Assembly (NCBI GenBank): GCA_024346625.1
Contig: AP024664.1
Location: forward strand, 2,790,001 to 2,854,000
DNA length: 64,000 nucleotides
Direction of reading: 5' to 3'
From: Williopsis jadinii
Taxonomy: Eukaryota
Shown one piece after another: positions 19,983-33,320 of this stretch; positions within the stretch are counted from its first letter, which is position 1, and each line of letters opens with the position of its first letter. Position numbers and translations under genes: made by a program. Under the pieces are notes generated by a model, which saw nothing but the letters and a program-made list of their open reading frames with translations, was not told the origin of the DNA and ran no database searches.

Positions 19983-22900
19983 ATGTTTCAGTATACAGCA
20001 AATGAGCTGTACAAGATTCTTTCCGAATCATCATATGGTGAGTGTGCATTAGTTCCCATGTGTGTTTTCTCGATCTGTCTGGAGTACTAACTTTTGTCCA
20101 AAGACGTGAACCACAAATGTCAAGTGATAACAGAGCTCAAGGCTCATATCAAGCACGAATTTGTGGATTTAGCCCAAGTCCCTCGGTACTTTGAGGCTCT
20201 CAGGGTTGGTGTGAAGTCTTCAGACTCTAAGCTCTCCTCAGTTTCTTTCAGTTCTACGTGTCACTTGATCAAAAGGGTAGGCATGCAAGACCCAAATGCC
20301 CTAAGAGGTCCTTCAAAGATTATATTGCCAATCTTGATAAATAGACTCTTGGATCCTAAGCCGGTATTTCAGCAACAAGCAAGGTCTACTCTAGAAACAT
20401 ACTGGCTTGCAACTCCGACTATTGTGGAAAAATACATCAAGGATAATGCTTTGATACATTCGAACGCGCGCGTAAGGGCAGAGTCTATTGTCTTTGTATC
20501 AGACTTGATTGAGCTGAATAAGAACTTCAACTTTCAGCAGCTCTTGCCTAACGTGGTTAATATGTTGCGTGATCGCAACATCGAAGTTGTGAAGAACGCT
20601 GAAGTTCTCTTAGTAAAATATTACACGATACACAAGTCAAAGGTGCAGGAATTAGCAGATGAATTAACTTCACAAAAGATCGAAAGCAAGAAGGCCATCA
20701 AACTATTGAGGGGTATTGATGCTACAGCAGCAGCTTCTTTTGAAGCTGAGGCTAAAACTTCTACCTCCAACAAGCCTATGATCGATACGTTTAGCAATTT
20801 GTCCAGAACTCAAAAGAAAACTTCATCCACTTTAGCTCCTAATGTGAGGTTGGCGAAATTGCCATCAACTGACTTCAGTGATATACTCGGAAGTGTTCCA
20901 ACTGCAAAACTTGATCAATCTATTTCGCCTGTCGTTGTACACTCTTCTTCGAGCCTCCAAAAGGAAATTGAGGCGTTGCTTCCTCCATTCCAAGGGAAGG
21001 AGACAGAATTTAATTGGAATAACAGAGAGAAGAACATTATCAAGCTCCGTGGGTTGATCATTGGAAATTCAGAGAAGTATCCCGATGCATCAGTATCTGG
21101 AATAAGATTAATGCTTGACGGTATCAACAAATCTATTCTTTCTTTGAGAACAACTTTGTCCTCAAACGGATGCCAACTTGTGAAAGAAATTGCATTCTAT
21201 ATGAATAGCAATATTGACCCTATTGCTGAGAGCTTATTCAATCCATTGGCTACATTGACATCTGCAACGAAGAAGATCTCATCATTAAATGCATTTGGTG
21301 CTATCTGTGTTTTATTGGCAAATACCAGTTTTAACGGACGCTTATTCAACCATTGCTACAACCTTTTCCTTGATAAAAATATTCAACCAAGACTTTACTC
21401 ATCCACATTTTTCAGGATATTTATCCAAAGGCATTCTGGTCGTCTTGACAATTCACAGCTCGAAACTTTACACAGATGGATAGCCAAAGGTATATGTGAT
21501 CCAAATACCACCGTTAGAGAATCTATGAGGGTTACATTTTGGATCTTTTACAGATTTTTTACTGAACAAGCTCAGACAATTATTACGAAACAGGATATGA
21601 ATGTGAAGAAGGCCCTCGAAAGATCACGACCACGTGATATTGAGCCTATCAACACAACGCCAGGCTCTGTCAAACAAGGAATGCCTTCTTTGGAACGAAA
21701 ACGTCCTTCAATAAAAGAAATGATTGCCTCCAAGAAAATGGATAGAAGATCGGTCTCTGGTCCAGAAATTAGTGAGTCAAGTCTCAATGATGACACATCA
21801 GCAGCATCTGAACTTGGTAAACCTGCACGGCTTGGTTTGCCACAACGTGTAAGAGTGTCTAGTGCAGGCGTGCAATACCCTCTGGAAAGGCAACTTTCTA
21901 AAGGTAGGACAGATGAGAAACAAAAGTGGATGACATCAGCATCCAGAGAGAACACTGTTGATATATCCAAGAAAGATTCTACGGAAGGCGAGACAACCAT
22001 TCAAAATATGATCAAATTGTTACAATCCCCACTGACACGTGAAAGAGTTGACGGAATCGAGATATTAATCCAGCAATTTGATTCAACTAATGAAATTCCA
22101 GACTTGGAGGCTGTGTTGAACAACATTCTAGTGTTAGACACTCAGTTATTGAAGCCCCTTTTAAGTCATGATAAATTCTTTAACATGGCTCAACCTTCAT
22201 TTTTCATAAAACTTTTGGCTGTTTACAATATGGGCATTGATGACATTCGACTGAGATATGGGACTTTGGAAACATGTAACGCAATTGTGTCATTAATGAA
22301 TTCTTTGGAGTCATTTCATTTCAGCGATGCACCTTCAACTATGTTCCACATAAAATACAAAAACTTGTTCTTGGATTACTCGGTGAAGAATCTTTATATC
22401 TTACTCTCTGAAAGCGATTTGAAACTTGATGATATACAATTTGAGAAGATTTGTTCCGCTGTCTTCCCCTTATCGATTAGTGATTATCCGAAGTACGATG
22501 AGCTAGTTGTTCTTCTTCATGGGTTGAACACTTCGTCATTTGAGCATGCTCTTGACTCATCCAATGCCTACGTAAAGTCGAAGATCAAAATGATTTTAGA
22601 TGACTTTAAGGAGGATAATGAAGACATGGCGTTAGAACACACAATTCCTGTTGAGCTCACGATGATTAATCCGTTTTCTTCGAAAAAAATTCCAGTTCAG
22701 GGAACTAATGTACAGGATGATGTGCCACATCAAAATGTTGATTATATGAGTGATATTTTCAATGGATCAAAAGAGACAACCAATAACTTTACTTTTATTG
22801 GTCCTGCCAATGCAGTTCATAGGGCGTTGGAACAAGAAGACAAGGAAATGGTGGACTCATCTCCAGAACCAGAAATACCTAATCCTCTATTTAATGACGA

Positions 22901-23987
22901 AATTCACTCTGTTGGGTCTCCTTTCCTGAACGATCCTGCTGAGGATGATCATATCAAACCAAAGCTGGAAACTGATGAGCAAACACATACAATGACTGTT
23001 AACTTGAATGATGTTCATATATCTCCAGAAAAACACATCGTTACACCAAAGACATTCGTCGCACCGGACAGAAAATCTCTTACTGAAATGATCAGTAAAT
23101 CTGACCCAATTTTCAGTAAGACTACTCCTAGAATCCAAATCTTTGAGGATGCACCAAATACCTCAGTAGGTGAGAGAAAACTATTCGATCTTGAATTATC
23201 CCGTTTCCAAAATGTAAAGGCTGAGGATCCAACTGTATCAAAACTTCTCCAGCTTTCAGATCTGTTCAAGGACGATAATATTGATAGAAATACCATGAAC
23301 TGTGCAATAAAGACTTTACAGCAATCTGTGAGCAATGAGGAGGTTCTATCATGGTTGAAGCATAGCGGTTTTATGACCTTATCGAAAAGTGTGATACACT
23401 ATTTCCACAAAAGTATGAACATCTCTGCAGAATTATGCTTCAAAGGTTTGATTGTGATAAAAGAACTTCTTATCATAGATCAATTTTTGGACGGTTTATT
23501 GACACTTTCTGAAGCAAAAGAAATTTGGAATATTGCAAATATGGTTGTTGAGAACTTAAAGACTTTCAAGAGTCCCATTTTCATCTCTGTTGATGAGTTG
23601 GTTGATGATTTAATCGATTTGAACATTGACGACTTCAAATCAGAAATTTTAAAGAATTGTCTTTCTCAGCTGAGAGAGTCTAAAGCTGTTGTACCGGCAT
23701 CGTTCTTACTCGATACTCTAGCGAAATGTATTGAGTTTGATGTCATTACTATTGACCAAATCAAAGAGATAGACAACACTATTTTTGGATTCTTGTCTCA
23801 TGACGAAGTTGAAATAAGAAGATTGACTATAATTGTGTATTCTAAGTGCAAGCGGACTCTACAACAGCTTAACTCCAATGCACAAGTTAAGGACATGGTC
23901 AAGAATCATCACGAATGCTCTGAGTATCTGTTTGACAAATTAACTGTGCCTCAACGTAAATTGGTTGATTACTACTGTGACAATTGA
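19983..23987 (+). CDS. STU1: CLASP microtubule-associated protein Stu1 (2 exons; intron 20038-20103)
   Basis: TOG-like CLASP domain (GKETEFNWNNRE, SLRTTLS). Exon 1 from ATG 19983 (MFQYTANELYKILSESSY), donor GTGAGT 20038, TACTAAC 20085-20091, acceptor AAG 20101-20103; splices in frame. Confidence 0.88.
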
Positions 23988-25707
23988 ATAAATTAGCACC
24001 ATATTTTTACTATTTGTAGCATATTATCAGGATATCATTCCTTCAAATGGGACTCTAGATTGGAGAAGACAGGTCATGGTCCAAATCCAAGAGTTTAATG
24101 ATATCAATTCAATGAGCCCACTTTCATTTGTGCTGTTGCTCTTGGTGCCACATGTGAAGTTGTTTCTCTGTTCTTTTGTAATTCCTCTATTTTCCAGTAA
24201 CCTGGGAGAAGTCAGTGCTAATAACTATTTCGATGTGAGAGGATGTTCTGAACTATTTAAAGACGGTGTATCTCTATGTCTCGAGGATGTTCAAGAATCG
24301 GTAATACAGTGTTGAAGATTGGCCCTGCTGTTGCGACATATTCAGCCCTTCCTGTAAAGAGATGTATGTGCTCCATTAAGTTCCATTTATCGAACACCAC
24401 AAGGTCATGGATACCGTCTTCACCAGATCTGTACTTACTCTTGTTCTTTTGTGAGGAGCCATGTTTATGAACTGCAGTGTTTTAATTTTCAGTACGTGCT
24501 AAATGAGAGCTGCATACAGCACCCGAACACCGCGTATCTTTTGGCGTGCAACCACGGTCCAAGATACACGAAGACGGTTGTGTGTACATCAACGGTATGC
24601 CAAATCTGTCAAGTGTGTTAAGAATATTTTGTTTATTGGGGATCACCTTCTTGTTTCGAGCTTACTTGTTCACTTTTAGGAATAAATAACATACAGAGGA
24701 ATGGAATTTTGCTATACCAGAATTGTTTTATTGAAAATTTGTTGAATCACAATTGGCATTGAAAAAAATATCTAGGGAGCTGAAAAGAGAGCCAAAGCAG
24801 TTATCAAGCTCTCAATTGGATTTCAACACACATATTAATCTGTCTTTAGATTATATGATGATCAAAATTTTTTCAAGTTTTGCTATATAACAATCGTAGT
24901 CACGTTTAGCTTTAAATTTACTGCTACAGGTTAGATCCTTGACCCTTATCTGATAGCTGTGACGTCTAACATCCAAACATCAAGACCAGCAATGTTTTCC
25001 TCTCTCCCACTTACACAGAGCACCTTCCAACAATGAATTGTGCACATGGGGCGAGAAACATGTTTTGAATGCCTGGTTCAGGTGATCTCCACTACAATCG
25101 TTGTGCCACATGTTAAATATCCTACTTGGTTATACCCATCGCTTCGGTAACACGAGTTACCCTCTGGGTCACAGTTTACCCAACACCCGTACACCACGCC
25201 GGTAACGGACCGCTTCCCGTACACGCTGGAAACCCTCCAACTCATACTGACCCTACTTATCTACATGGATTGCGGCAGCAATGAAACCATAGAGTACAAT
25301 ATGCTTCGAATCAGAACGTCTGGACCAAAACATAAGCTCTTAAAGCTTTATATGAATGACCAAACTTACCCAATTGAGTTATAAATCTCGACAATGGGGA
25401 AAACTGGTCATCGCATTGAATACACAGTGCACACGGCCTGCCCAACTCCGGTAATCGGCCTCGACATTTGTCCTTTCTGACAAGCGACAAATTTTGATCA
25501 TCATTTTCCCAACTGCTAGCGAGCGGGACACTTTGCAAAGGACTTGGACAATTGGACAATTACGCGATTTTTTTTGTAAACGTCATATAAAAGGGGACAA
25601 ATTCACTGTATTTTTGTCGTCCGTGAAATTTTTTTGTCCTTTAGTAAAAGAGTCATTTAACCGGGTACATTTTCAAAGTCTCTTCCTTTTGAATTACCAA
25701 GTATACA

Positions 25708-27036
25708 ATGTCTGCAATGCTTCGTCTCCAAGCTTTGAGAACTCAGATTAGACCAACTGGTTCTTCAATTCGTTCCTTCTCCATCTCTGCCATTAACTTG
25801 GACAAGATCAAAGTCAAGAGCCCAGTTGTTGAGCTTGACGGTGATGAGATGACCAGAATCATCTGGCAAAAGATCAAAGATCAACTTATCTTGCCATACG
25901 TTGATGTCGATCTCAAGTACTACGATTTGGGAATTGAGAGCAGAGATGCCACTAATGACCAAATCACCATTGATTCTGCAAACGCCATCAAGAAGTACGG
26001 TGTCGGTATCAAGTGTGCCACCATTACACCAGATGAGGCCCGTGTTGAGGAGTTCCACTTGAAGAAGATGTGGAAATCTCCAAACGGTACTATTAGAAAC
26101 ATTCTCGGTGGTACTGTCTTCAGAGAACCAATTGTCATTCCACGTATCCCAAGATTGGTTCCAGGTTGGGAAAAGCCAATCATCATTGGTAGACACGCCC
26201 ATGGTGATCAATATAAGGCCACCGACTTGGTTGTTCCAGGAGCTGGTAAGTTGGAACTTGTCTACACTCCAGCTGATGGTTCTGCAAAGGAAACATTGGA
26301 GGTTTATGACTACAAGGGTGCTGGTGTTGGTCTTGCCATGTACAACACCGATGAGTCTATTGAGGGCTTCGCTCACTCTTCTTTCAAGTTGGCTGTTCAG
26401 AAGAAGCTGAACATCTTCCTCTCCACAAAGAACACCATCTTGAAGAAGTACGATGGCCGTTTCAAAGACATCTTCCAAAAGATTTACGACGAGGAGTACA
26501 AGGCCCAATTTGAAAAATTGGGTATCTACTACGAGCACCGTCTGATTGACGATATGGTTGCCCAAATGATCAAGTCTAAGGGTGGATTCATCCTGGCTTT
26601 CAAGAACTACGATGGTGATGTTCAATCCGATATCGTTGCCCAAGGTTTCGGTTCTCTTGGTTTGATGACATCTGTTCTCGTTACCCCAGATGGTAAGGCC
26701 TTTGAATCTGAAGCTGCTCACGGTACAGTTACAAGACATTACAGACAACACCAACAAGGTAAGGAGACTTCTACAAACTCCATTGCTTCCATCTTTGCTT
26801 GGTCTAGAGGTTTGGCTCAAAGAGGTAAGCTTGACAACACACCAGACGTTGTTAAGTTTGCTGATTTGTTGGAGAAGGCTACCTTGGATACCGTCCAAGT
26901 TGATGGTATCATGACAAAGGATCTTGCCTTGGCTGCTGGTAGAACCGATAGAGAGTCATACGTTAACACATCCGAGTTCCTCGATGCCGTCGACAAGAGA
27001 TTACAATCTGAGATGGAGAAGTCTGGCTTGAACTAA
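25708..27036 (+). CDS. IDP1: Mitochondrial NADP-dependent isocitrate dehydrogenase
   Basis: Presequence, then [55 protein letters not shown]. Confidence 0.96.
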   Translation: MSAMLRLQALRTQIRPTGSSIRSFSISAINLDKIKVKSPVVELDGDEMTRIIWQKIKDQLILPYVDVDLKYYDLGIESRDATNDQITIDSANAIKKYGVGIKCATITPDEARVEEFHLKKMWKSPNGTIRNILGGTVFREPIVIPRIPRLVPGWEKPIIIGRHAHGDQYKATDLVVPGAGKLELVYTPADGSAKETLEVYDYKGAGVGLAMYNTDESIEGFAHSSFKLAVQKKLNIFLSTKNTILKKYDGRFKDIFQKIYDEEYKAQFEKLGIYYEHRLIDDMVAQMIKSKGGFILAFKNYDGDVQSDIVAQGFGSLGLMTSVLVTPDGKAFESEAAHGTVTRHYRQHQQGKETSTNSIASIFAWSRGLAQRGKLDNTPDVVKFADLLEKATLDTVQVDGIMTKDLALAAGRTDRESYVNTSEFLDAVDKRLQSEMEKSGLN

Positions 27037-27274
27037 AAAACCAGTTGAAGTGAACCTTTTTTTAATGGCATTGTGAATTGTCTTACGTTGGAGTTAAAAG
27101 AAACAAATCTAATACAAAGGGAGGAAAGGTCACGGTGATACGAATATTTCTCCATTGACTATACAACTTATATATAACATGCATTTTATGATTTTGAGGG
27201 TTTTATAGCAGATATAAGAAGTGCTGGACATTCAAAGTATAGTACTAGGGGAGGTACTTGTAGCCTGTGAACCT

Positions 27275-27618
27275 TCACTTGTGATTTGTAGCCTGGCTTG
27301 CAGAGCCCACTGCATTGTCAGTAAGCTCTATTGAAGAATTGCCGGTCTTAGACTCTGTTTCGAGATATTCCCAGAGGTACATAAGACCATAGTATGTACC
27401 AAATGTAATTGATAGCACTTTAACCAACGGGAAACCAAAGTTCTGGTAGAATGCTCTCTAGGTGAATCTAATTAGTACAATAGTCATTGTAGAATTGGAA
27501 ACCTTCACACACTCACATGAGGGTTCACGGCTGGTTGACCATTGAAACGAGCCTTTGAGACGCCAAAGGATCTCAAGCCAATTGGACTCAGTCTCTTAAC
27601 CAATCGTGCTCTGAACAT
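27275..27618 (-). CDS. 94-aa spliced mitochondrial single-TM protein, INA17-like (intron 27458-27516)
   Basis: Not in the ORF track. Exon 1 MFRARLVKRLSPIGLRSFGVSKARFNGQPAVNPH; intron GTGAGT...TACTAAT...TAG; exon 2 RAFYQNFGFPLVKVLSITFGTYYGLMYLWEYLE...HK*. Confidence 0.75.
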
Positions 27619-27798
27619 AGTGTCCCATACGTCGATGTTACTGTGCAGTTGGTTGGAAGATGTGGATGAATTTTGTAGCTATAAGCTTTCGAGCCCATTA
27701 AACCCGAACATCATCACATCTACATACACTTACAATCCAAGAAGGTGAACACTTTCTATTAGATATCTCTATATACACGGGGTCAGAAAACACACTTT

Positions 27799-28683
27799 TC
27801 ACCTTTGGGATTCCTTCTGCTGTGATTGGTTCAATGCTCTGTACTCTCTCTGTAATCCTCTAACAGTTCTCCATAGCATTGCCTTGTCCTTCTCGTCTGC
27901 GTCTCCGCAGACTGCCCACCGGATCTTTCCCTCATGGTCCAGGACATAGATGAAGCCTCCATATGTATTATCCATGTGTATTTGTTCTCGAATATCCAAA
28001 GGTATGGTCTTGCGTGGTATTATGAAGTACTTGTCATGACGGTCCGGGTGCAACTGTGAGCGTAGAGCTGACTTTGACATCTTGATGAAGATTGCCTTGG
28101 TGGCATTCTCTGTAACGTTAATGTCAACTATCTGAGCAGTTGGATATAGCTCTTTGAACCTGTTGTACCCATCCTTGGTCATATAGTCGCCTTCAGCAGT
28201 TTGGAAGAACGCTCTAGAGGATTTGTCACCTAGCATCGATGTAAACACCCTCACTACCGAGACGGAGCCTTTTAGCACGGGCGTGGTCGGTTTGCTAGTT
28301 GAGGAGACCAACGTTTCACCGAAGAAGTTTGGAAAGTACAGAGCCTTTTCAGCCTTCCAGTACGCCGGTGGACTCTTGAAGAATTTACCACCGGTCTTTC
28401 TAAAGGTGTAGACGTCGTACATCCCAGATTTGGAAATCTCCTTCTCCAACTCGGCTTGACGCACCTTATTCTTCTCCCTGTCCATGAAGTCGCTAAATTT
28501 TTCCCTCACAGTTCTCAAATCACCATTGTTGTCTGTGTCCTTAGGTGGTGTTGCAAGTCCAATGGGCCTGTTCAACTGCACAACGACAAATTCCTTTGGC
28601 TTTGTAGCAGCCAACTGCTTGTTGAACTTACCGATGAAGTGGGCTGGTCTGGTCGAGGATAAATAGCGAACATGATTAACCAT
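27799..28683 (-). CDS. ATP10: Mitochondrial ATP synthase assembly factor Atp10
   Basis: LNRPIGL, KALYFPNFFGETL, GFIYVLDHEGKIRWAVCG; adjacent to CCW14 as in S. cerevisiae. Confidence 0.9.
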   Translation of the reverse strand: MVNHVRYLSSTRPAHFIGKFNKQLAATKPKEFVVVQLNRPIGLATPPKDTDNNGDLRTVREKFSDFMDREKNKVRQAELEKEISKSGMYDVYTFRKTGGKFFKSPPAYWKAEKALYFPNFFGETLVSSTSKPTTPVLKGSVSVVRVFTSMLGDKSSRAFFQTAEGDYMTKDGYNRFKELYPTAQIVDINVTENATKAIFIKMSKSALRSQLHPDRHDKYFIIPRKTIPLDIREQIHMDNTYGGFIYVLDHEGKIRWAVCGDADEKDKAMLWRTVRGLQREYRALNQSQQKESQR

Positions 28684-29104
28684 CTTGCCTCAAACGGGTT
28701 ATTACGCTTGTCCGCTGGTGAAATTACAAAGCATTGACTGTTTATGTCCTGAGAAGAAAGCCCCAAAAAATTGTGTTGATCTCAGAAACGTCTCCGAACG
28801 ACAAATGGCAGAAAAACAAAGCATCACAAGAGGAAAAAACAGCGATGAGGATAAATAGGGGACTTGATCGGTAAAAGCCGGTGAATCGGGCATATTCGTT
28901 TCCCTTGAACACCTTTTCACAGTTGAGGAATGATCCTGAGGTTGTTGTTGAGACAAGATTGGTCAGATACATCTGCAAGTACAAGAGAGATATAAATAGA
29001 AGTTATTGTTTTATAAACATTTTCAAGGACAAGATCAATTGCCGTAATCCAGCAAGTGTGATTCTGTATTTAGATCATTACATAAAGAAAGGGAAGGGGG
29101 CATC

Positions 29105-29818
29105 TTAGAGGAGGAGGGCAATGGCAGCGGCAGCACCAAAGATGGCAGCTGGTGCGTTCATGTTACCAGCAGCGGATTGTGTAGAGACTTCAACAGTTGT
29201 TGAGGTTTCGGTTGCGGATGTTTCCACAGTGGTTGGTTGCTCGGTGGTGGTTGGTTCTTCAGAAGTGGTTGGTTCTTCAGAAGTGGTTGGCTCCTCAGAG
29301 GTAGTTGGTTCCTCAGAGGTAGTTGGCTCTTCAGAGGTTGATGGCTCCTCAGAGGTAGTTGGCTCCTCAGAGGTAGTTGGCTCCTCAGAGGTAGTTGGCT
29401 CCTCAGAGGTAGTTGGCTCCTCAGAGGTAGTTGGCTCTTCGGATGAAGAAGTGGTAACCTCAGAAGAAGAAGACTCAGACTTAGAAGACTCAGACTTAGA
29501 AGAGGACTCAGACTTAGAAGAGGACTCAGAAGAGGACTCAGAGGACTCAGAAGAAGAGTTCACAGAGGCACCGGCATTCTTACAAACGCCCTCGAAGCTC
29601 TCGTAAGCTGTGTCCGCGTTGTCGTTTGGACAGATAGAGTTCAAACAGTCCTTCATAGCAGACGAGTCATCCTCACAGATACAGGAGATGTCCGCCAACT
29701 CGCTACAGGAGTCGGATGCTCTAACAACTTGCGCAGCACAGGCAAGAAGACAAGCTGGAGGAGTAGCAACAACGGTAGAGGCCAAAAGAGCAATAGCAGC
29801 AATGGAAGATGTGTACAT
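29105..29818 (-). CDS. CCW14: GPI-anchored CFEM-domain cell wall protein (Ccw14/Ssr1)
   Basis: Signal peptide, TPPACLLACAAQ 8-Cys CFEM domain, Ser/Thr/Glu stalk, GPI tail. ATG at 29818. Confidence 0.88.
   Translation of the reverse strand: MYTSSIAAIALLASTVVATPPACLLACAAQVVRASDSCSELADISCICEDDSSAMKDCLNSICPNDNADTAYESFEGVCKNAGASVNSSSESSESSSESSSKSESSSKSESSKSESSSSEVTTSSSEEPTTSEEPTTSEEPTTSEEPTTSEEPTTSEEPSTSEEPTTSEEPTTSEEPTTSEEPTTSEEPTTTEQPTTVETSATETSTTVEVSTQSAAGNMNAPAAIFGAAAAIALLL
29245..29440 (-). repeat. 18-bp coding tandem repeat (EEPTTS, ~10-11 units) in the CCW14 stalk
   Basis: Repeated GGCTCCTCAGAGGTAGTT units with synonymous variants. Confidence 0.9.
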
Positions 29819-30584
29819 GTTGTTCAGTTCTCTCAGATGAAGTAAAGCGAAAGTGGACTCTGTTTGCTTGATTGAAAGGGAAAAAACAAACAAAGATCGA
29901 AAATATAAACAACACAAACAGTACAAAGGAGAAAAAGGATGATACAAACCAAAAAGAGATTCGAGGATTTGTTTACTTTGCAGAACGTCCGCTTCTTCAA
30001 AGTCTCGAAACAGAATTAAGCTTTTTTTTTTCTTTTTTTTTTTCTACTTTTTTGGCCTGGACTTTGTCTTCCCGCATATCTGTGCTGTTAAAACCAGACC
30101 CGAGCTGCCTTGGGCATCCGCTTTCCGTATACAAAAATAGAAATCGTACTGTTTTTCTTCGGCACTTTTGTTCTGGACACGCTTTGAAAACAAACGCTAG
30201 GCCCACCGCATTTTAGCCTAGACATGGTCAGCGGCGGTCCCAGAAAGTGGGATGGCGGTTACCCTGTTTTGTTTGTTTTGTTTGTTTTGTTTGGCGAAAT
30301 GTATCAGAAAACAACAGACGCGCACAGGATGATTTCCAATTTCGAGGCGCCTGCACGTGACTCCCACGGGAGTCAGTTTCTGGTAAACCCGAACACCTAA
30401 ACATCTCTACACCACGGCGTCGTGCTTGTTTTCGCATCTCCTCCCCCTCTCCCTGTTTATCTCTTGTTTACCCGATTCGGTCGAAATTGTGCTCGCACAC
30501 GGTAACTTCGCGGGACTGGGGCGGACGGGCCTTTTTGCAAAATTTACCAGGACAAAAGCTCCTAAGCCAAAAAATTGAACCTCG

Positions 30585-30590
30585 ACGCGT
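30585..30590. promoter_or_regulatory. MCB element upstream of SWI4
   Basis: ACGCGT ~340 bp upstream of the spliced SWI4 ATG. Confidence 0.35.
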
Positions 30591-30923
30591 CTGGAAGAAT
30601 TGAGCTCCATAGTAAAACAGACATTTGCTGTTGTATCAGTGGGAAAAGTCATCAGGAAAGTTCAATTTGCGACTTGATAAGAGACCCATCTCACAGTGTC
30701 CACAGAACTGCTCATAGCTGTGCGTTCTGCTATTTATCAACAAGTCTGCTGCTTTGCTTCTTTGTGAGGTGTCTTTTTTCCCTCTCTGTCTCTTTTCCAG
30801 CCCTATCTCTCAACAAGTTCAGTCTTGTCATAGGGCATTGGCCATTGTACTGCTCCACTTTGATTATCAGATCATTCCTGACATTGCACTCACAGTCGAG
30901 AAACATCTCAAGAGGTGACGGAA

Positions 30924-33320
30924 ATGACAGACAATTTGTACATTGCCACGTACTCAAATGTATGTATACAAAAAACGATGGCACACTTGTGCACGCCCCT
31001 CGTCGCTTTCTCTCTCTATATGGAGGCCCTCCTTCCACGGTTGTCACCTGTCGAGACCTGTATTAACACAGCACTAACTTACCCCCCATAGATTGATGTT
31101 TATGAATGTTTCATAGATGATGTTCCCTTAATGAGAAGATGCTCGGATGACTGGGTGAACGCTACTCAGATCTTGAAAGCTGCAAAGTTCCCAAAGGCTC
31201 ATAGGACTAGGATCCTTGAGCGCGAGGTCCAAACAGGCATACACGAGAAGATCCAAGGTGGGTATGGGAGGTTCCAAGGTACTTGGATTCCCTTGGATAT
31301 TGCAAGACCGTTGGCTCATAAGTATAACATTACTGATGCGATGGCTCCGATATTGAGCCATGTTCCTGATCCAAAGAACCCTGTTCCTCGTAAGACAAAG
31401 AACGTTACCAATAAGATGAGTTCGTCGACGAATAACGCATCAGCACCAAACGCGTCTTCAACGGCTTCACGCCAGGGAACAGGGTCTCCAGGAAAGAAAC
31501 CGAAGAAGGTTTACAATACAAAGAGAAGACGTGCCGCAGCGGCAGCGGCAGCTGCCGCCGCAGCAGTTGCCAATGGTAGTTATGACCCAAATGTTAACCA
31601 TCAACAGCTTCAAACACCACCTCAGAGCAGACACCAACAACAGCAGGGTCTACACCCACAGCATCAACCGATCCCTGTTCAGCATGTACCAAATGGGATG
31701 ATACAAGTTGGTCTTTGGCAACATATGAATGGTTATCAACAACAAGTTCCTCAGATGGCAAATTTTGCGAATCCACACCGTCAAGCTGTCCACTATGCTC
31801 AACAACAACAGCAGCAACATCCACTTCAGCATCAGCAAATAGCACAGCAACAACATATGCAAGTGTTTGGACAAGCGTTACAGGTGCCTCAACAACAGAT
31901 GCAGCAACAGACTTTCCCCTATCAGCAGCATAAGACCAAAATATCACAAGAGACATGGTCCCAGGATGATGCTTCGATACATATGGATGAAGTCATGAGA
32001 GACTCGGATACTTCAATCTCCTCAAACGAGGAACATTCAGGGTATAAGAGAAGTAAAGCCATCTACATGGATGCACTGATTCAGTTCTTTGCTACTGATG
32101 CAGAGAAGATCCCACAGAATCTGTTAAATCCCCCATCGGATTACGATTTCAATGAACCAATAGACGAAGAAGGTCATACACCATTGCACTGGGCTGCGTC
32201 GATCGCAAGTATCCCACTTATCGAACTCTTGTTGAGACACGGTGCTGATCCATTGACGCCAAACGCTACTGGACTGAACTGTATTTCCAGGGCCATTTTC
32301 TTCAACAACTCTTATCAGAAACACAATTTCCATATCATTGTCAATCTTATGAAAAATTGTCTATATACACCGGACAAAGCTGGAAGAACACCGATGCACT
32401 ATCTCTGTGAAAGCATTCGCTCAAAGCCTGAAACTGCTTTATACTACTTGTCTGCAATCTTGGATCAACTGAGAATGGGTAACAAGGATTTGTTAGAGAT
32501 TGTTGTCAACCATACAGACGTTAATGGTGACAGCGCAGTTTCATTAGCTTTGAGAGCAGGGAACGATGCGCTGGCTACTATCTTGGAACCTTATTCTAAT
32601 AAGAAGAAGGTGTCTGTGAATAACTCCGACGTTGAGGCTGTAAAGGACGAATCACCGGAAAATGAAGAAGGGGATGATAATGATAGGGTGCCCCTGCAAC
32701 AGGACAATGAAGAGCAAGACCACCCTGGATCTCCCTTGAGTTCAAGTCTTCCGAAAATGCCCGTGAAGGAGGTCGGTCCTATGTTATCCTCTATGTTAAG
32801 CTCTTTAGCAGACGCGTATGATACAGAGTTGAAGAATAAAGAGGAGGAGAGTAGTCATACCAAAACAATATTGGATAAGCTGAAACAGGACATTGAAACT
32901 ACTGAACGTCAAAATAGAGATATTCTTGTACAAATCGAGGAAGGAATATCTCTTGATGAGTTGTTGAACAACATTGGGGAATTGGAAGCAGTGTTCAACA
33001 AAAAGAGTGCACACCTCGGCAAAGTGCTGGAGAGATCACAGGCTCTGGAACTTGCACAAGCTGTTTTAAGCGAGGAGAACTCTATAACCGACCCAGTAGT
33101 AGCAGGGGATGCAGTCGCACTAGGGATTGAACTTACACGTCTCCAGATGGATCGTACGAAAGTTGTCAACGACATAATGGAAGCGTTAACGAAACAGAAC
33201 ATTAGTAAGAAGATGAATAACTACAGAAGACTGATATCCTTGGCTTGCGACATCAAACTGGAAAGTGTTGATGAGCTCATCGATGAGATCGAAGCAGACC
33301 TTCTAACCACCGTGGAGTGA
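30924..33320 (+). CDS. SWI4: SBF DNA-binding subunit Swi4 (APSES/KilA-N + ankyrin; intron 30960-31091)
   Basis: Exon 1 MTDNLYIATYSN; GTATGT...CACTAAC...TAG; exon 2 IDVYECFIDDVPLMRR...QGGYGRFQGTWIPL (Swi4-type); ankyrin GHTPLHWAA; adjacent to KAP123. Confidence 0.88.

Noticed and set aside
24030..24462. Possible small spliced minus-strand gene (MAPHKRTR|GTAAGT...CACTGAC...CAG)
   Set aside because: Splicing to the best acceptor gives an almost immediate stop; other acceptors give short unrecognisable peptides.
25765..26898. 377-aa ORF antisense to IDP1
   Set aside because: In-register antisense shadow of a strongly codon-biased gene; no recognisable motifs.
29121..29606. Plus-strand (VVGSSE)n ORF and CRISPR-like periodicity
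   Set aside because: Antisense of the CCW14 EEPTTS repeats; no unique spacers and a eukaryotic context.
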